A stretch of 64,000 bases of DNA from Gemmatimonadales bacterium (lineage in GTDB: Bacteria > Gemmatimonadota > Gemmatimonadetes > Gemmatimonadales > GWC2-71-9): NCBI GenBank assembly GCA_965249575.1, contig OZ252244.1:3424001-3488000 (forward strand). The letters run 5' to 3'. Below the pieces are notes generated by a model that was not told where the DNA came from, searched no databases, and saw only the letters and a program-made list of their open reading frames with translations. Numbering within the stretch: the stretch's first letter is position 1; each line of letters opens with the position of its first letter. Below are positions 1 through 9,530 of this stretch, one piece after another. Both the position numbers and the translations under genes were made by a program.

Positions 1-1
1 C

Positions 2-109
2 GAGGAGGCACGCCTCCCACCTGGAACCCGCCCAGAGATGCTTTCCCCACTGGACTTTGTCAGGCTGTTTGAGGTGGCCGCGTTGACGCGGGAGCCCCGC
101 AAGGCATAA
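2..109 (+). CDS. 3' end of an upstream gene, probably 16S rRNA dimethyltransferase RsmA/KsgA (partial)
   Basis: Frame from base 2 reads EEARLPPGTRPEMLSPLDFVRLFE...TAA(107-109), resembling the KsgA C-terminal 'R(A/P)ExLSxxxFxxL' motif; only 35 codons visible. Confidence 0.5.
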   Translation, partial: EEARLPPGTRPEMLSPLDFVRLFEVAALTREPRKA

Positions 110-112
110 ATT
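83..112 (+). promoter_or_regulatory. Putative sigma70 promoter of rex
   Basis: TTGACG (83-88) and TAAATT (107-112), abutting the Rex operator. Confidence 0.5.
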
Positions 113-128
113 GTGAAAAATTTCACAA
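111..128. promoter_or_regulatory. Rex operator (autoregulatory)
   Basis: TTGTGAA-AAAT-TTCACAA is an exact match to the Rex box TTGTGAA-N4-TTCACAA, just before the rex ATG; the palindrome extends over 108-131. Confidence 0.9.
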
Positions 129-132
129 TTTC

Positions 133-753
133 ATGCGCAAAATCGCCGATTCGACCGTCCGACGGCTCTCGCTCTATCTCCGGCTCCTCGAAGCCTTCGA
201 AGAGCAGGGAATAGCCACCGTCAGCTCGGAAGCGCTCGCGGACCGCGGAGGGACGACATCCGCTCAGGTCCGGAAGGATTTGTCCTTCTTCGGCTCGTTC
301 GGAAAACGCGGGCTGGGATACTCCGTTCCCGAGTTGACCGTCAGGCTCCGCGACATCCTCGGGCTCCAGGACTCGTATCGCGTTGCCATCGTCGGGGCCG
401 GCAAGATCGGCCGGGCGCTTGCGCGATACCGAGGGTTCCGGGATCGCGGGTTCTTGGTTACCGCGATCTACGACACCGATCGAGACAAGATCGGCTCGCG
501 GTGGGATGGCCTGGTGATCCGGGACGTGGGCGATCTCGAGCGCGACTTAAAGCGGCAACCCGCCGACATGGCGGTCATCGTGACGCCAGCGGACGCGGCC
601 CAAGCTGTTGCGGATCACCTGGTGGCGGCGGGGGTCAAGGCCATCCTTAGTTTCGCGCCCGTACAACTCAGCGTCCCGGGGGACGTGACGGTCAAGACGG
701 TGAACCTGGTTTTGGAGCTGGAGGCGTTGAGCTACGCGCTCAGGAATCACTAG
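133..753 (+). CDS. rex: Redox-sensing transcriptional repressor Rex
   Basis: TVRRLSLYLR, QVRKDLSFFGSFGKRGLGY wHTH motif, GAGKIG Rossmann fold. Confidence 0.97.
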   Translation: MRKIADSTVRRLSLYLRLLEAFEEQGIATVSSEALADRGGTTSAQVRKDLSFFGSFGKRGLGYSVPELTVRLRDILGLQDSYRVAIVGAGKIGRALARYRGFRDRGFLVTAIYDTDRDKIGSRWDGLVIRDVGDLERDLKRQPADMAVIVTPADAAQAVADHLVAAGVKAILSFAPVQLSVPGDVTVKTVNLVLELEALSYALRNH

Positions 754-762
754 ATTGGCGGC

Positions 763-1611
763 ATGACCGCCGGTCTGGAGGCCAATCCAGGGGGCACGGT
801 TCTCGACCGGGCCTTGAGCTACCTGACCAGTGGCCCCACGGATTCCGGGCGACTCGCTCGGGACGTGCTGGGGATTCCACGAGCCAGCCCGTTTGTGGCC
901 GATCGGCTCGCCGTGGCGCTGCTCGGTGCTGATCCGAGGGTAAACCAGCTCGGAGACGGCCGTTGGATCCTCGTGTCGCGCCCGGAGCAGACGCCGGCTC
1001 TCAAGGATTGCACGTTTGCCGTCGTTGATGTCGAGACGACCGGGTCGCGGCCGGCGCGCGGGGACCGTATTACCGAGATCGCGGTCGCCGTCGTTCGGGG
1101 TGACGGCGTCGAGCTAGTCCTGGACACGTTGGTAAACCCGGAGCGGGTAATCGCCACCCTGGTTTCCCGCGTGACGCGGATAACCAACCAGATGGTTCGT
1201 GAGCAGCCGGCCTTTCGGGAGATTGCCGATCGGGTGGTGGCAGCGCTTGCCGGTCGGATCTTCGTGGCACACAACGTGGGCTTCGACTGGCGTTTCGTCG
1301 GCGCGGAGGTCCGGCGATCGCGACACCTGTCGATCGGCGGGCCGCGGTTGTGCACGGCCAAACTCGCTCGCCGGCTGATCCCGGGTCTCAAGTCCCGGAG
1401 CCTCGACAGCGCCGCGGCGTACTACGGAATTCCGATCGAGAACCGGCACCGTGCCGGGTCGGACGCGTTCGCGACCGGGCGCGTGCTCACCCACCTTTTG
1501 GCCGCAGCGGACGAGCGAGGGATCCACACACTGCACGAGCTGACCCGGTACCAAGCGCCGCCACGGCGCAAGCGCAAATCACTTCCCACCCCCATGGCGG
1601 AGATCGAGTGA
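763..1611 (+). CDS. DEDDh 3'-5' exonuclease (DnaQ/PolC-like) with N-terminal extension
   Basis: ExoI VVDVETTG, ExoII AHNVGFD, ExoIII HRAGSDA. Confidence 0.9.
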   Translation: MTAGLEANPGGTVLDRALSYLTSGPTDSGRLARDVLGIPRASPFVADRLAVALLGADPRVNQLGDGRWILVSRPEQTPALKDCTFAVVDVETTGSRPARGDRITEIAVAVVRGDGVELVLDTLVNPERVIATLVSRVTRITNQMVREQPAFREIADRVVAALAGRIFVAHNVGFDWRFVGAEVRRSRHLSIGGPRLCTAKLARRLIPGLKSRSLDSAAAYYGIPIENRHRAGSDAFATGRVLTHLLAAADERGIHTLHELTRYQAPPRRKRKSLPTPMAEIE

Positions 1612-1640
1612 GTCATGGCGCGATCCTCGCTCCGAGGCGC

Positions 1641-1669
1641 TTGACACCCCCTAAGTGGGCCACTAGCTT
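1641..1669 (+). promoter_or_regulatory. sigma70 promoter of infC-rpmI-rplT
   Basis: TTGACA-17 bp-TAGCTT. Confidence 0.75.
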
Positions 1670-1679
1670 CGACTCAAAT

Positions 1680-1807
1680 CAGGCAAGCAAGCGAGTGCGC
1701 TTCACCCTCCAGCCCTCGGCTCCGGTCGAGTGGCGTTCAGGGTTCCAGGAGATGGCGGCGGGTGCCGCCAGTTCGAGCGGATACGGGAGGGCCGGATCCG
1801 CTTTTTC
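1680..1807 (+). ncRNA. Structured infC leader, L20-leader-like, ending in a terminator-like hairpin
   Basis: AAGCG...CGCTTCACCC...GGGTT arrangement; hairpins TGGCGGC/GCCGCCA (1753-1770) and AGCGGAT/ATCCGCT followed by TTTT (1776-1806); lies upstream of infC-rpmI-rplT. Confidence 0.55.
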
Positions 1808-1833
1808 GCGTCAGTAATAACGGGGGCCACGCA

Positions 1834-2361
1834 CTGAATCTTCAGAACGAAAAACAAGAGCAGCGCGTCCGGGTGAACCGGCAAATTCGCATCAGTCCAG
1901 TTCGGTTGATCGGTCATGACGGTGCCCAGTTGGGGATCGTACCAGTAGACGAAGCGCTGCGGGCCGCCACGGAACTCGGCCTCGATCTCGTAGAAGTCGC
2001 TCCGCTGGCTCGCCCGCCGGTGGTCAAGATCATGGACCACGGGAAGTACCGGTTCGAGCAAGCCAAGGCAGCCCGAGCGGCGCGGAAGAAACAACACATC
2101 ATTCACATGAAAGAGGTGAAGTACCGGCCGGGCATCGATACCCATGACTTCGATTTCAAGACACGTCATGCGCGGACGTTCCTCGAAGAGGGCAACAAGG
2201 TCAAGCTGACGATGATGTTCCGGGGCCGGCAAGTCGCGCATCCCCAGCTGGGACGCGACGTCCTCGATCGAGTCCTGGAGAGCTTGCAGGACATCGCGAA
2301 GGTCGAAGTCGAGCCGAAGCTTGAGGGACGGAACATGACGATGGTCCTGGCGCCGAGATAA
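1834..2361 (+). CDS. infC: Translation initiation factor IF-3 (non-canonical start, probably CTG)
   Basis: RVNRQIRISPVRLI, LDLVEVAP, KVKLTMMFRGRQ; no suitable in-frame ATG; CTG at 1834 follows GGGGG (1822-1826). Confidence 0.95.
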   Translation: MNLQNEKQEQRVRVNRQIRISPVRLIGHDGAQLGIVPVDEALRAATELGLDLVEVAPLARPPVVKIMDHGKYRFEQAKAARAARKKQHIIHMKEVKYRPGIDTHDFDFKTRHARTFLEEGNKVKLTMMFRGRQVAHPQLGRDVLDRVLESLQDIAKVEVEPKLEGRNMTMVLAPR

Positions 2362-2408
2362 CCCGGTCAGGCGTCAATGCACCACCCTGAGACGTGGACG
2401 GACACAGA

Positions 2409-2603
2409 ATGCCGAAGCAAAAAACGAAGCGAGCGGCGGCCAAGCGGTTCAAGCTGACAGCGAAGGGCAAGATCAAGCGATGGCACGCCAATAAGAGCCA
2501 TATTCTGACGAAGAAGACTCCCAAGCGGAAGCGGCATTTGCGTAAGGGGACCCTGGTTTCGAGCGGGGACCATCGCCGGACCGCCCGCTTGTTGCAAGCT
2601 TAG
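2409..2603 (+). CDS. rpmI: 50S ribosomal protein L35
   Basis: [17 protein letters not shown]...HILTKK. Confidence 0.97.
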   Translation: MPKQKTKRAAAKRFKLTAKGKIKRWHANKSHILTKKTPKRKRHLRKGTLVSSGDHRRTARLLQA

Positions 2604-2612
2604 GAGAGGATT

Positions 2613-2966
2613 ATGCCACGCGTAAAGAGCACCGTCGCCCGCTTGAAGCGGAAGAACAAGATCATGCGGGCGGCCAAGGGAGCCCGGGGCGGGCGCAGCA
2701 AGCTGTACAAGACGGCTAAGGAGACGGTCGAGCGCGGCTGGCGCTACGCATATCGCGACCGGCGGCAAAAGAAGCGGGAATTCAGGCAGCTGTGGATCGT
2801 ACGGATCAACGCCGCAGCGCGGCAGCACGATCTCTCCTACAGTCGCTTCATGGCGGGACTGCGGAAGGCGGGCGTGGAGATCAACCGCAAGCTGCTGGCC
2901 GACCTCGCGGTTCGCGACCCCGCGGCGTTCGGCGAGCTTGCGGAGGTCGTGAAGAAAACCCAATAG
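2613..2966 (+). CDS. rplT: 50S ribosomal protein L20
   Basis: MPRVK...[26 protein letters not shown]. Confidence 0.98.
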   Translation: MPRVKSTVARLKRKNKIMRAAKGARGGRSKLYKTAKETVERGWRYAYRDRRQKKREFRQLWIVRINAAARQHDLSYSRFMAGLRKAGVEINRKLLADLAVRDPAAFGELAEVVKKTQ

Positions 2967-2977
2967 ACGGCCGGACG

Positions 2978-4006
2978 ATGCCAGCGAGTCGGTCGCCTCA
3001 AGACGAGCTGCACGCGATGGCGGCCGCCGTGGCTGACATCGCGGCGGCCGACGCGGGCCGTTTGACCGAGCTGAGAACGGAGCTGCTAGGTCGCAAGTCC
3101 GGCCGGCTCACACAGCTTCTGCGCTCGCTTCCCACCATCCCTCCCGATCAGCGACGCACTGTTGGCACTGAGGCGAATGCGCTCAAGACGACGATCGAGC
3201 GAGCGCTGGCGCAGCGCGAACGCCTCCTGCGCCAGGCCGGGGCTGACTCCTCGGGGGTCGACCCCACAATGGTGGGCCGCTCGGTCTGGCGCGGTGCAAG
3301 ACATCCGGTGACGATGGTGGTCGACGAGATCTGCGAGATTTTCCGGGAGCTCGGCTTCACCCGAATCGCCGGTCCCGAGGCCGAAACCGAAGAGTACAAC
3401 TTCACCAAGCTCAACATCCCCCTCGACCACCCGGCCGCGGACATGCAGGACTCGTTCTACCTGGGGCCCGGCGTCGTCCTTCGTACGCACACCTCGCCGA
3501 TGCAAGCGCGAACGATGGAACGGTACCCACCGCCGATCCGGGTCGTGGTCCCCGGCCTGGTGTATCGACGCGATGACTTCGATCCCTCCCACGCTCCGGT
3601 GTTCGACCAGATCGAGGGGCTGGTCGTCGACGAGGGAGTGACGTTTGTCGAATTCAAGGCGGCGATCGACTTCTTCGTCAAGCGATTCTTCACCCGAGAT
3701 ACGGTCGTGCGCTTCATCCCGTCCTTCTTCCCGTTCGTCGAACCAGGCGCGCAGGTCGATGTACAATGCCAGGTCTGCAAGGGCAGCGGGTGCTCCACGT
3801 GCCAGCAAACGGGATTTCTCGAGATCATGGGCGCGGGTATGGTCCACCCGGCAGTCTTCGAGCGGTGCGGCGTGGATGCCGAGCGGTATACCGGATACGC
3901 GTTCGGGATGGGTGCAAACCGCATCGCGATGCTCCGGTATGGCATTCCCGATATCCGCCTGCTGTTCGAGAACGACATGCGCTTCCTCCGCCAGTTCGTC
4001 GAATAG
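2978..4006 (+). CDS. pheS: Phenylalanine-tRNA ligase alpha subunit
   Basis: LRTHTSPMQ, FPFVEP, GYAFGMG, YGIPDIRLLFEND. Confidence 0.97.
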   Translation: MPASRSPQDELHAMAAAVADIAAADAGRLTELRTELLGRKSGRLTQLLRSLPTIPPDQRRTVGTEANALKTTIERALAQRERLLRQAGADSSGVDPTMVGRSVWRGARHPVTMVVDEICEIFRELGFTRIAGPEAETEEYNFTKLNIPLDHPAADMQDSFYLGPGVVLRTHTSPMQARTMERYPPPIRVVVPGLVYRRDDFDPSHAPVFDQIEGLVVDEGVTFVEFKAAIDFFVKRFFTRDTVVRFIPSFFPFVEPGAQVDVQCQVCKGSGCSTCQQTGFLEIMGAGMVHPAVFERCGVDAERYTGYAFGMGANRIAMLRYGIPDIRLLFENDMRFLRQFVE

Positions 4007-4008
4007 CC

Positions 4009-6375
4009 ATGAACGTCTCCGTGAATTGGCTGTCGGATCTTCTGGATCGTCCCGTCGATCCCGCCGATGCAGCGCGGCGACTGACGATGGCCGGAGCTGA
4101 AGTCGACGTGATCGAGCCCCTCCACCAGGACCTCCGCGACGTCATCGTGGCCGAGGTCGCGCAAGTGGAGAAACACCCCGACGCGGATCGCCTGACCGTA
4201 TGCCGTGTCAACTACGGCAACGGGGTCGCTGAGGTTGTTTGCGGCGCCCCGAACGTCCGCGCGGGGCGCAAGTACCCGTTCGCGCCGGTCGGCACGACGT
4301 TGCCCGGTGGTATCACGCTCACGGCCCGGAAGATTCGGGGGGTGACCTCACAGGGAATGCTCTGTTCCGCGAAGGAATTGGGCCTTGGGGCCGACCACGA
4401 AGGGATTCTCGAGCTCGACACCACGGCGGCTGCGGGAACCCCGCTGCTCGAAGCGGTGCGCCTGTCCGATCACCGAATCGTCTTGGAACTCACGCCGAAC
4501 CGTCCGGATCTGCTGTGTCACAAAGGAGTCGCGCGGGAGCTGGGTGCCGTATACGAGGCCCCGGTCAAGTTGCCGCAGATCCCGGGCGCGGCACGCCCTG
4601 AGTTGAAGGTAGAGACTGGGAAGGCAGGTTCGGTGGACGGCGTCGACGTGGTAATCGAGGACATCGAGGGGTGTCCCCGCTACATGGCTGCCTCGATTCG
4701 AGGAGTGAAGGTCGGGCCCTCGCCCCCCTGGTTGCAGGCGCGGCTTCGCGCCATCGATGCCCGACCCGTCAACAACGTGGTCGACGCGACGAATTACGTG
4801 ATGTTCGAGTTGAATCACCCGTTGCATGCCTTTGATCGAGCAAAGCTCGGCTCGCGGATCGTGGTGCGGCGTGCCAATCCCGGCGAGACATTACGAACGC
4901 TCGACGGCGAGGATCGAGCCTTGACGGCCGACATGACGGCCATCTGCGACGCGAACCGTCCCGTTGCCGTCGCCGGTGTCATGGGGGGCGCCGATACCGA
5001 GGTGACCGCGGCCACGACGGACATCGTATTGGAGTGTGCGTACTTCGACCCTAAACGGATCCGTGCCACACGGAAAACGCTGAACATGAGCACGGATGCG
5101 TCGTACCGGTTCGAGCGGGGAATCGACCTTGACGGTCTGCCCGGAGCGGTGAGGCGCGCCGTGGAAGTCATCGTGGCGACTTCGGGGGGTGAGGCTGTGC
5201 CGGTGGTGGCCGACGTCTATCCCACCCCGGTTGCGGCCCGCACCGTGTTCCTCAGGCCCACCCGGGTGAGCCACCTGTTGGGCGTCGAGGTTCCGCGACC
5301 GGATATCGAGGCGTTTCTCTCCAGCGTTGGATTCGCCGTGGCTCCCAAGGATGATCGGTTTGCCGTTCAGGTGCCCGGGTGGCGACCCGACGTTACGCGG
5401 GAGGTCGATCTCATTGAGGAAGTCGCCCGGTTGCGGGGATACGACACGTTTCCCGTCGAGTTGGGTGCCCTGCGTCCGAGTACCGTTCCGGACGACCCCG
5501 CCGAGATAGCGAGGGCAGGACTGCGCCAGCTGCTGACCGCAGTCGGGCTCCACGAGGCGCGAACGCTCCCGATGGGCGGGGCTCCGAAGAATGAGCCCGC
5601 CCCGGTGCGCGTTGTGAACCCGATGTCGTCTGAGGAGGCTCACCTTCGCGCTAGTCTGCTCCCGGGCCTCGAGCGCGCGGTACGCCACAACTGGTCGGTG
5701 CGCGAGCGGGACATTCGGCTATTCGAGATTGGCACGGTATTCCGATCGACTGGCGAACGCGCACTACCGGTCGAGACATGCCGGATCGCGGCGGTGGTCT
5801 CGGGCAACCGGGCTCCCGCGCACTGGTCCGCCGGACAGATGACGCCTGACTACGACGGGTGGGATCTGAAGGGTCTGGTCACCGGCGTGGCGTCGACGGT
5901 CTCGCCGGGATCCGCCGTGGAGCCGCACCCCGAAGGGGGTGCCCGGTGGCTCGTGCGCGCCGCCGACGGTGCAGTGTTGGGAGGCGCGGAGGAGTTACCG
6001 GTCGAGCCCCCGGCGTGGGCGGCGCCGGTCTACGGGTTCGAGTTGGACGTGGCATCGAATGTTCCTCCCCGCCCGCGGTTCGAGGCCCTGCCGGCCACCC
6101 CTCCGCTCGAGCGTGACCTGGCACTCGTTCTGGCGCCTGCGGTCACCGCCGAGCAAGTTGAGGACGTCGTTCGCCAGTTCGCAGGCCCGTTGTTGGAGAG
6201 GGTAGTGGTATTCGACGAGTACAGGGCCGAGGCGCTAAAGGGCCGAAGTGTGGCTTGGCGCCTGGTCTTTCGGGCGCCCGATCGGACGCTGCGGGATCAG
6301 GAGGTCGATGCGGTGTTGAAGCGTGTGCTGGCGGCTCTCGAGGAGCAGTTGGGTGTCAGACTCCGACAGGCCTGA
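4009..6375 (+). CDS. pheT: Phenylalanine-tRNA ligase beta subunit
   Basis: HPDADRLTVC, VVCGAPNV, TPNRPDLL, TDASYRFERG, C-terminal FDX-ACB domain. Confidence 0.97.
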   Translation: MNVSVNWLSDLLDRPVDPADAARRLTMAGAEVDVIEPLHQDLRDVIVAEVAQVEKHPDADRLTVCRVNYGNGVAEVVCGAPNVRAGRKYPFAPVGTTLPGGITLTARKIRGVTSQGMLCSAKELGLGADHEGILELDTTAAAGTPLLEAVRLSDHRIVLELTPNRPDLLCHKGVARELGAVYEAPVKLPQIPGAARPELKVETGKAGSVDGVDVVIEDIEGCPRYMAASIRGVKVGPSPPWLQARLRAIDARPVNNVVDATNYVMFELNHPLHAFDRAKLGSRIVVRRANPGETLRTLDGEDRALTADMTAICDANRPVAVAGVMGGADTEVTAATTDIVLECAYFDPKRIRATRKTLNMSTDASYRFERGIDLDGLPGAVRRAVEVIVATSGGEAVPVVADVYPTPVAARTVFLRPTRVSHLLGVEVPRPDIEAFLSSVGFAVAPKDDRFAVQVPGWRPDVTREVDLIEEVARLRGYDTFPVELGALRPSTVPDDPAEIARAGLRQLLTAVGLHEARTLPMGGAPKNEPAPVRVVNPMSSEEAHLRASLLPGLERAVRHNWSVRERDIRLFEIGTVFRSTGERALPVETCRIAAVVSGNRAPAHWSAGQMTPDYDGWDLKGLVTGVASTVSPGSAVEPHPEGGARWLVRAADGAVLGGAEELPVEPPAWAAPVYGFELDVASNVPPRPRFEALPATPPLERDLALVLAPAVTAEQVEDVVRQFAGPLLERVVVFDEYRAEALKGRSVAWRLVFRAPDRTLRDQEVDAVLKRVLAALEEQLGVRLRQA

Positions 6376-6649
6376 GCTCGAGGCCTTGGTGGAGCTGGAA
6401 GACGTGGTTCGTCACGTCTCCGAGGAGCTGGCTGCCTGGCGGCGTCGCGCGCTCAAGGCCGAGTCCGACCGGAACGAATTGGGAGCGGACTACGATCCGG
6501 TCGGGTCACGAGAACGAATTCAATCGCTCGAGGTTGAGAACAGCGACTTGGGGGGTCGTCTCGATGCAGCCCGTGTCCAGCTGCAAGATCTGCTGAAGCG
6601 CCTCCGGTTTCTCGAAGAGCAGGTGGCCCTGGAGGATCAAGCTCGGTGA
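6353..6649 (+). CDS. ZapB-like coiled-coil protein
   Basis: GTG after GAGGAG SD; coiled-coil heptads; sits between pheT and zapA. Confidence 0.65.
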   Translation: MSDSDRPELEALVELEDVVRHVSEELAAWRRRALKAESDRNELGADYDPVGSRERIQSLEVENSDLGGRLDAARVQLQDLLKRLRFLEEQVALEDQAR

Positions 6650-6981
6650 ACGCGAAGAAGACCGTGTTGAGGGCGACGATCGGTGGCGACGAGTACACGC
6701 TCCGGTCGGACCGACCACCAGAGTACACCCGAGCCGTTGCGGAGCACGTGGACCGTGCGCTGAAGGAGGTCTTGGCGCTCGGCACGATCGTGGAATCCCA
6801 CAAGGCTGCCATCCTCGCCGCACTGGCGATCACGGACGAGCTGTTTCAGTCCCGTACCTCGCAACGCGAGCTCTCGCACCGCCTCACTGCTCTCGCAGCC
6901 GACTTGTCCCGCTTGCTGCCCCCGGCGAAGCGGAGCTCTCAAGCATCGGGTGCGATTGCCTCACCGGCGGACGGTTCGTAG
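6646..6981 (+). CDS. zapA: Cell division protein ZapA
   Basis: IGGDEYTLRS...VAEHVD...AAILAALAITDEL. Confidence 0.88.
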   Translation: MNAKKTVLRATIGGDEYTLRSDRPPEYTRAVAEHVDRALKEVLALGTIVESHKAAILAALAITDELFQSRTSQRELSHRLTALAADLSRLLPPAKRSSQASGAIASPADGS

Positions 6982-7072
6982 TTTCTGGACAGTAGGCGGC
7001 GATTCGACCGCCACTAACATAACGCGCTGCGGCGGCCGAAATCCGCGCCGCCGCGGTGCTGGAGATAGATCG

Positions 7073-8656
7073 ATGCCAGCGGATACCGTTGTTGTGCTCG
7101 TTCTGGCCGTCATCGGCACTGCTCTGCTTGCCGGGACGGCCTTTTTCCTGTTCGGCCGGCGCGCGGAACGGCACCAGGCCGAAGCGGAAGGTCGTGCCGG
7201 CCGCCAACAGGCCGACCGGTTGCTGGGGGAGGCGCGTCGTGACGCCGACGTTGCCCGGACCGAGGCCCTGCTGGCGGCGAAAGAAGAGATCATCAAGGCT
7301 CGCGAGCTCTGGGAGGATGACGTCCGGCAGCGGCGGGAGGAGATCGGCCGGCACGAGCAACGTCTCGAGGAGCGCGACATTTTGGTGGATCGAAAGCTCC
7401 ATGCGCTCGACGAGCGAGAGCGGACCTTGGGCAAGCAGGAGCAATCACTGGAGCAGCGCGACAGCAACTTGCAGGCGAAAGAAGATGAGGTCACCGCGCT
7501 GCGCGAGCAACATCGGGAGAAGCTCGAGCAAATGTCGGGGATGACGGCCGACGACGCGAAAGCGCAGTTGATCCACGACATCACCGACGAAGCCCGTGGC
7601 GCGGCGGCCGCCAGCATTCGCGACATCAAAGAGGCGGCCAAGCGGACCGCCGATCGCGAGGCCAAGAAGATCGTCGCACTGGCCGTGCAGCGAATCGCGT
7701 CGGAGACAACCGCGGAGGTGAGCGTCTCGGCGGTCGCACTCCCCAACGACGACATGAAGGGACGGATCATTGGGCGGGAAGGCCGCAATATCCGGGCGTT
7801 CGAGACCGCCACCGGAGTGGACGTGATCGTCGACGACACTCCCGATACCGTGATCGTGTCGTGCTTCGATCCGGTCCGGAGAGAGGTGGCGCGCCGGGCA
7901 CTCGAGCAACTCATTGCCGACGGCCGGATCCACCCCGGCCGGATCGAAGAGGTCGTGGCCAATGTGCATAAGGAGGTCGATGGGGAGATCGTCCAAGCCG
8001 GCGAGCAGGCGACCTATGAAACCGGCATCCACGGGATGCATCCGGAGCTGATGAAGCTCGTTGGACGGATGAAGTTTCGACGCTCGTACGGCCAAAACAT
8101 CTACGCTCATTCCAAAGAGGTGGCCTGGCTCGCGGGTATCATGGCTGCCGAGTTGAAGCTGGACGTTCATCTGGCGAAACGCGGCGGGCTCCTGCATGAC
8201 GTCGGCAAGGTGCTGACGCACGCGCACGAGGGGACCCACGTCGAGCTTGGCGTAGAAGTAGCGACCAAATACGGTGAGGAGGCAGTCGTCATCAACTGTA
8301 TTGCGGCCCACCATGACGACGTGCCGCACGAGACCCCGATATCGGTCATCGTGCAGGCCGCCGATGCAGTGAGTGGTTCCCGCCCCGGTGCGCGGCGCGA
8401 AGCGTTCGAGACTTACGTGAAACGGTTGACGCGACTCGAAGAAATCGCCGGCGGTTTTGACGGTGTCGATCGCTGCTTTGCAGTTCAGGCGGGTCGGGAA
8501 GTGCGCATCATCGTGACGCCGGAACGAGTCAGCGACGATGGGGCGTCGGAGCTCGCTGAACAAGTGGCTCGGAAAATTGAAAACGAGCTGCAGTACCCGG
8601 GGCAGATACGAGTTGTGGTGCTCCGCGAGACACGGGCGGTGGATGTTGCCCGCTGA
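7073..8656 (+). CDS. rny: Ribonuclease Y
   Basis: N-terminal TM, coiled coil, KH (MKGRIIGREGRNIR), HD (LLHDVGK), SRPGARRE. Confidence 0.97.
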   Translation: MPADTVVVLVLAVIGTALLAGTAFFLFGRRAERHQAEAEGRAGRQQADRLLGEARRDADVARTEALLAAKEEIIKARELWEDDVRQRREEIGRHEQRLEERDILVDRKLHALDERERTLGKQEQSLEQRDSNLQAKEDEVTALREQHREKLEQMSGMTADDAKAQLIHDITDEARGAAAASIRDIKEAAKRTADREAKKIVALAVQRIASETTAEVSVSAVALPNDDMKGRIIGREGRNIRAFETATGVDVIVDDTPDTVIVSCFDPVRREVARRALEQLIADGRIHPGRIEEVVANVHKEVDGEIVQAGEQATYETGIHGMHPELMKLVGRMKFRRSYGQNIYAHSKEVAWLAGIMAAELKLDVHLAKRGGLLHDVGKVLTHAHEGTHVELGVEVATKYGEEAVVINCIAAHHDDVPHETPISVIVQAADAVSGSRPGARREAFETYVKRLTRLEEIAGGFDGVDRCFAVQAGREVRIIVTPERVSDDGASELAEQVARKIENELQYPGQIRVVVLRETRAVDVAR

Positions 8657-9530
8657 GACCATCAGCGGTACCGACGTCGGTCGCGCTATGCGGACGGAGC
8701 TCGCTCCGCGGATCGAGGGGCTCGCCGGCCGGGGCATCCAGCCCGGATTGGCGGTCGTGCTCGTGGGCGAGAACCCATCGAGCCAGGTCTACGTCAAGAT
8801 GAAAGGACGGGCCTGCGAGGAAGCCGGGATGCGGAGCGAGTCCGTTAGGTTGCCGGGCGAGACATCAGAGAAGGAGCTGCTCGCCGAGATCGACCGCCTT
8901 AACGCGGACGACCAGATTCACGGTATGTTGGTGCAGCTGCCGCTGCCCGGACAGATCGACACGCAGCGAGTGCTACGTGCGGTGGCTCCCCACAAGGACG
9001 TCGATGGCTTTCATCCGGAGAATGTGGGCAAAGTCGTCTTGGGCGATCCCACTGGCTTTCGTCCCGCGACACCGCTTGGGGTTTTGCAGCTGTTGCTCCG
9101 GAGTGGCGCGGAGACGTGTGGCGCACATGCGGTGATCGTCGGCCGTTCGAACATCGTTGGGCGGCCAATGGCGGCCTTGCTCCTCCAGAACGCGCCGGGG
9201 GGCAATGCGACCGTTACGGTGTGCCACTCCCGCACGCGGGACCTACCCGATGTGACCCGACAGGCTGATATTCTGATCGTCGCGATCGGGCGGGCGGAAT
9301 TCGTCACGGGCGACATGGTCAAGCCAGGCGCGGTGGTGATCGACGTCGGTACCAATCGGGTGGACGATGCGAGCGCAAAGAAGGGCTTCCGTTTGGTCGG
9401 TGACGTTACGTTCGACAGCGCGCGTCAGGTGGCCTCGGCGATCACGCCGGTCCCCGGTGGGGTGGGACCGATGACTATCACGATGCTGCTCTACAACACC
9501 GTGCAGGCAGCAGAACAGTGGGCGAGCTAG
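8643..9530 (+). CDS. folD: Methylenetetrahydrofolate dehydrogenase/cyclohydrolase FolD
   Basis: LVQLPLP, KDVDGFHP, GRSNIVGRP, TPVPGGVGPMT. Confidence 0.97.
   Translation: MLPAETISGTDVGRAMRTELAPRIEGLAGRGIQPGLAVVLVGENPSSQVYVKMKGRACEEAGMRSESVRLPGETSEKELLAEIDRLNADDQIHGMLVQLPLPGQIDTQRVLRAVAPHKDVDGFHPENVGKVVLGDPTGFRPATPLGVLQLLLRSGAETCGAHAVIVGRSNIVGRPMAALLLQNAPGGNATVTVCHSRTRDLPDVTRQADILIVAIGRAEFVTGDMVKPGAVVIDVGTNRVDDASAKKGFRLVGDVTFDSARQVASAITPVPGGVGPMTITMLLYNTVQAAEQWAS

Noticed and set aside
6982..7072. Possible 6S RNA after zapA
   Set aside because: The gap is only about 90 bp, too short for 6S; only a small GC hairpin is present
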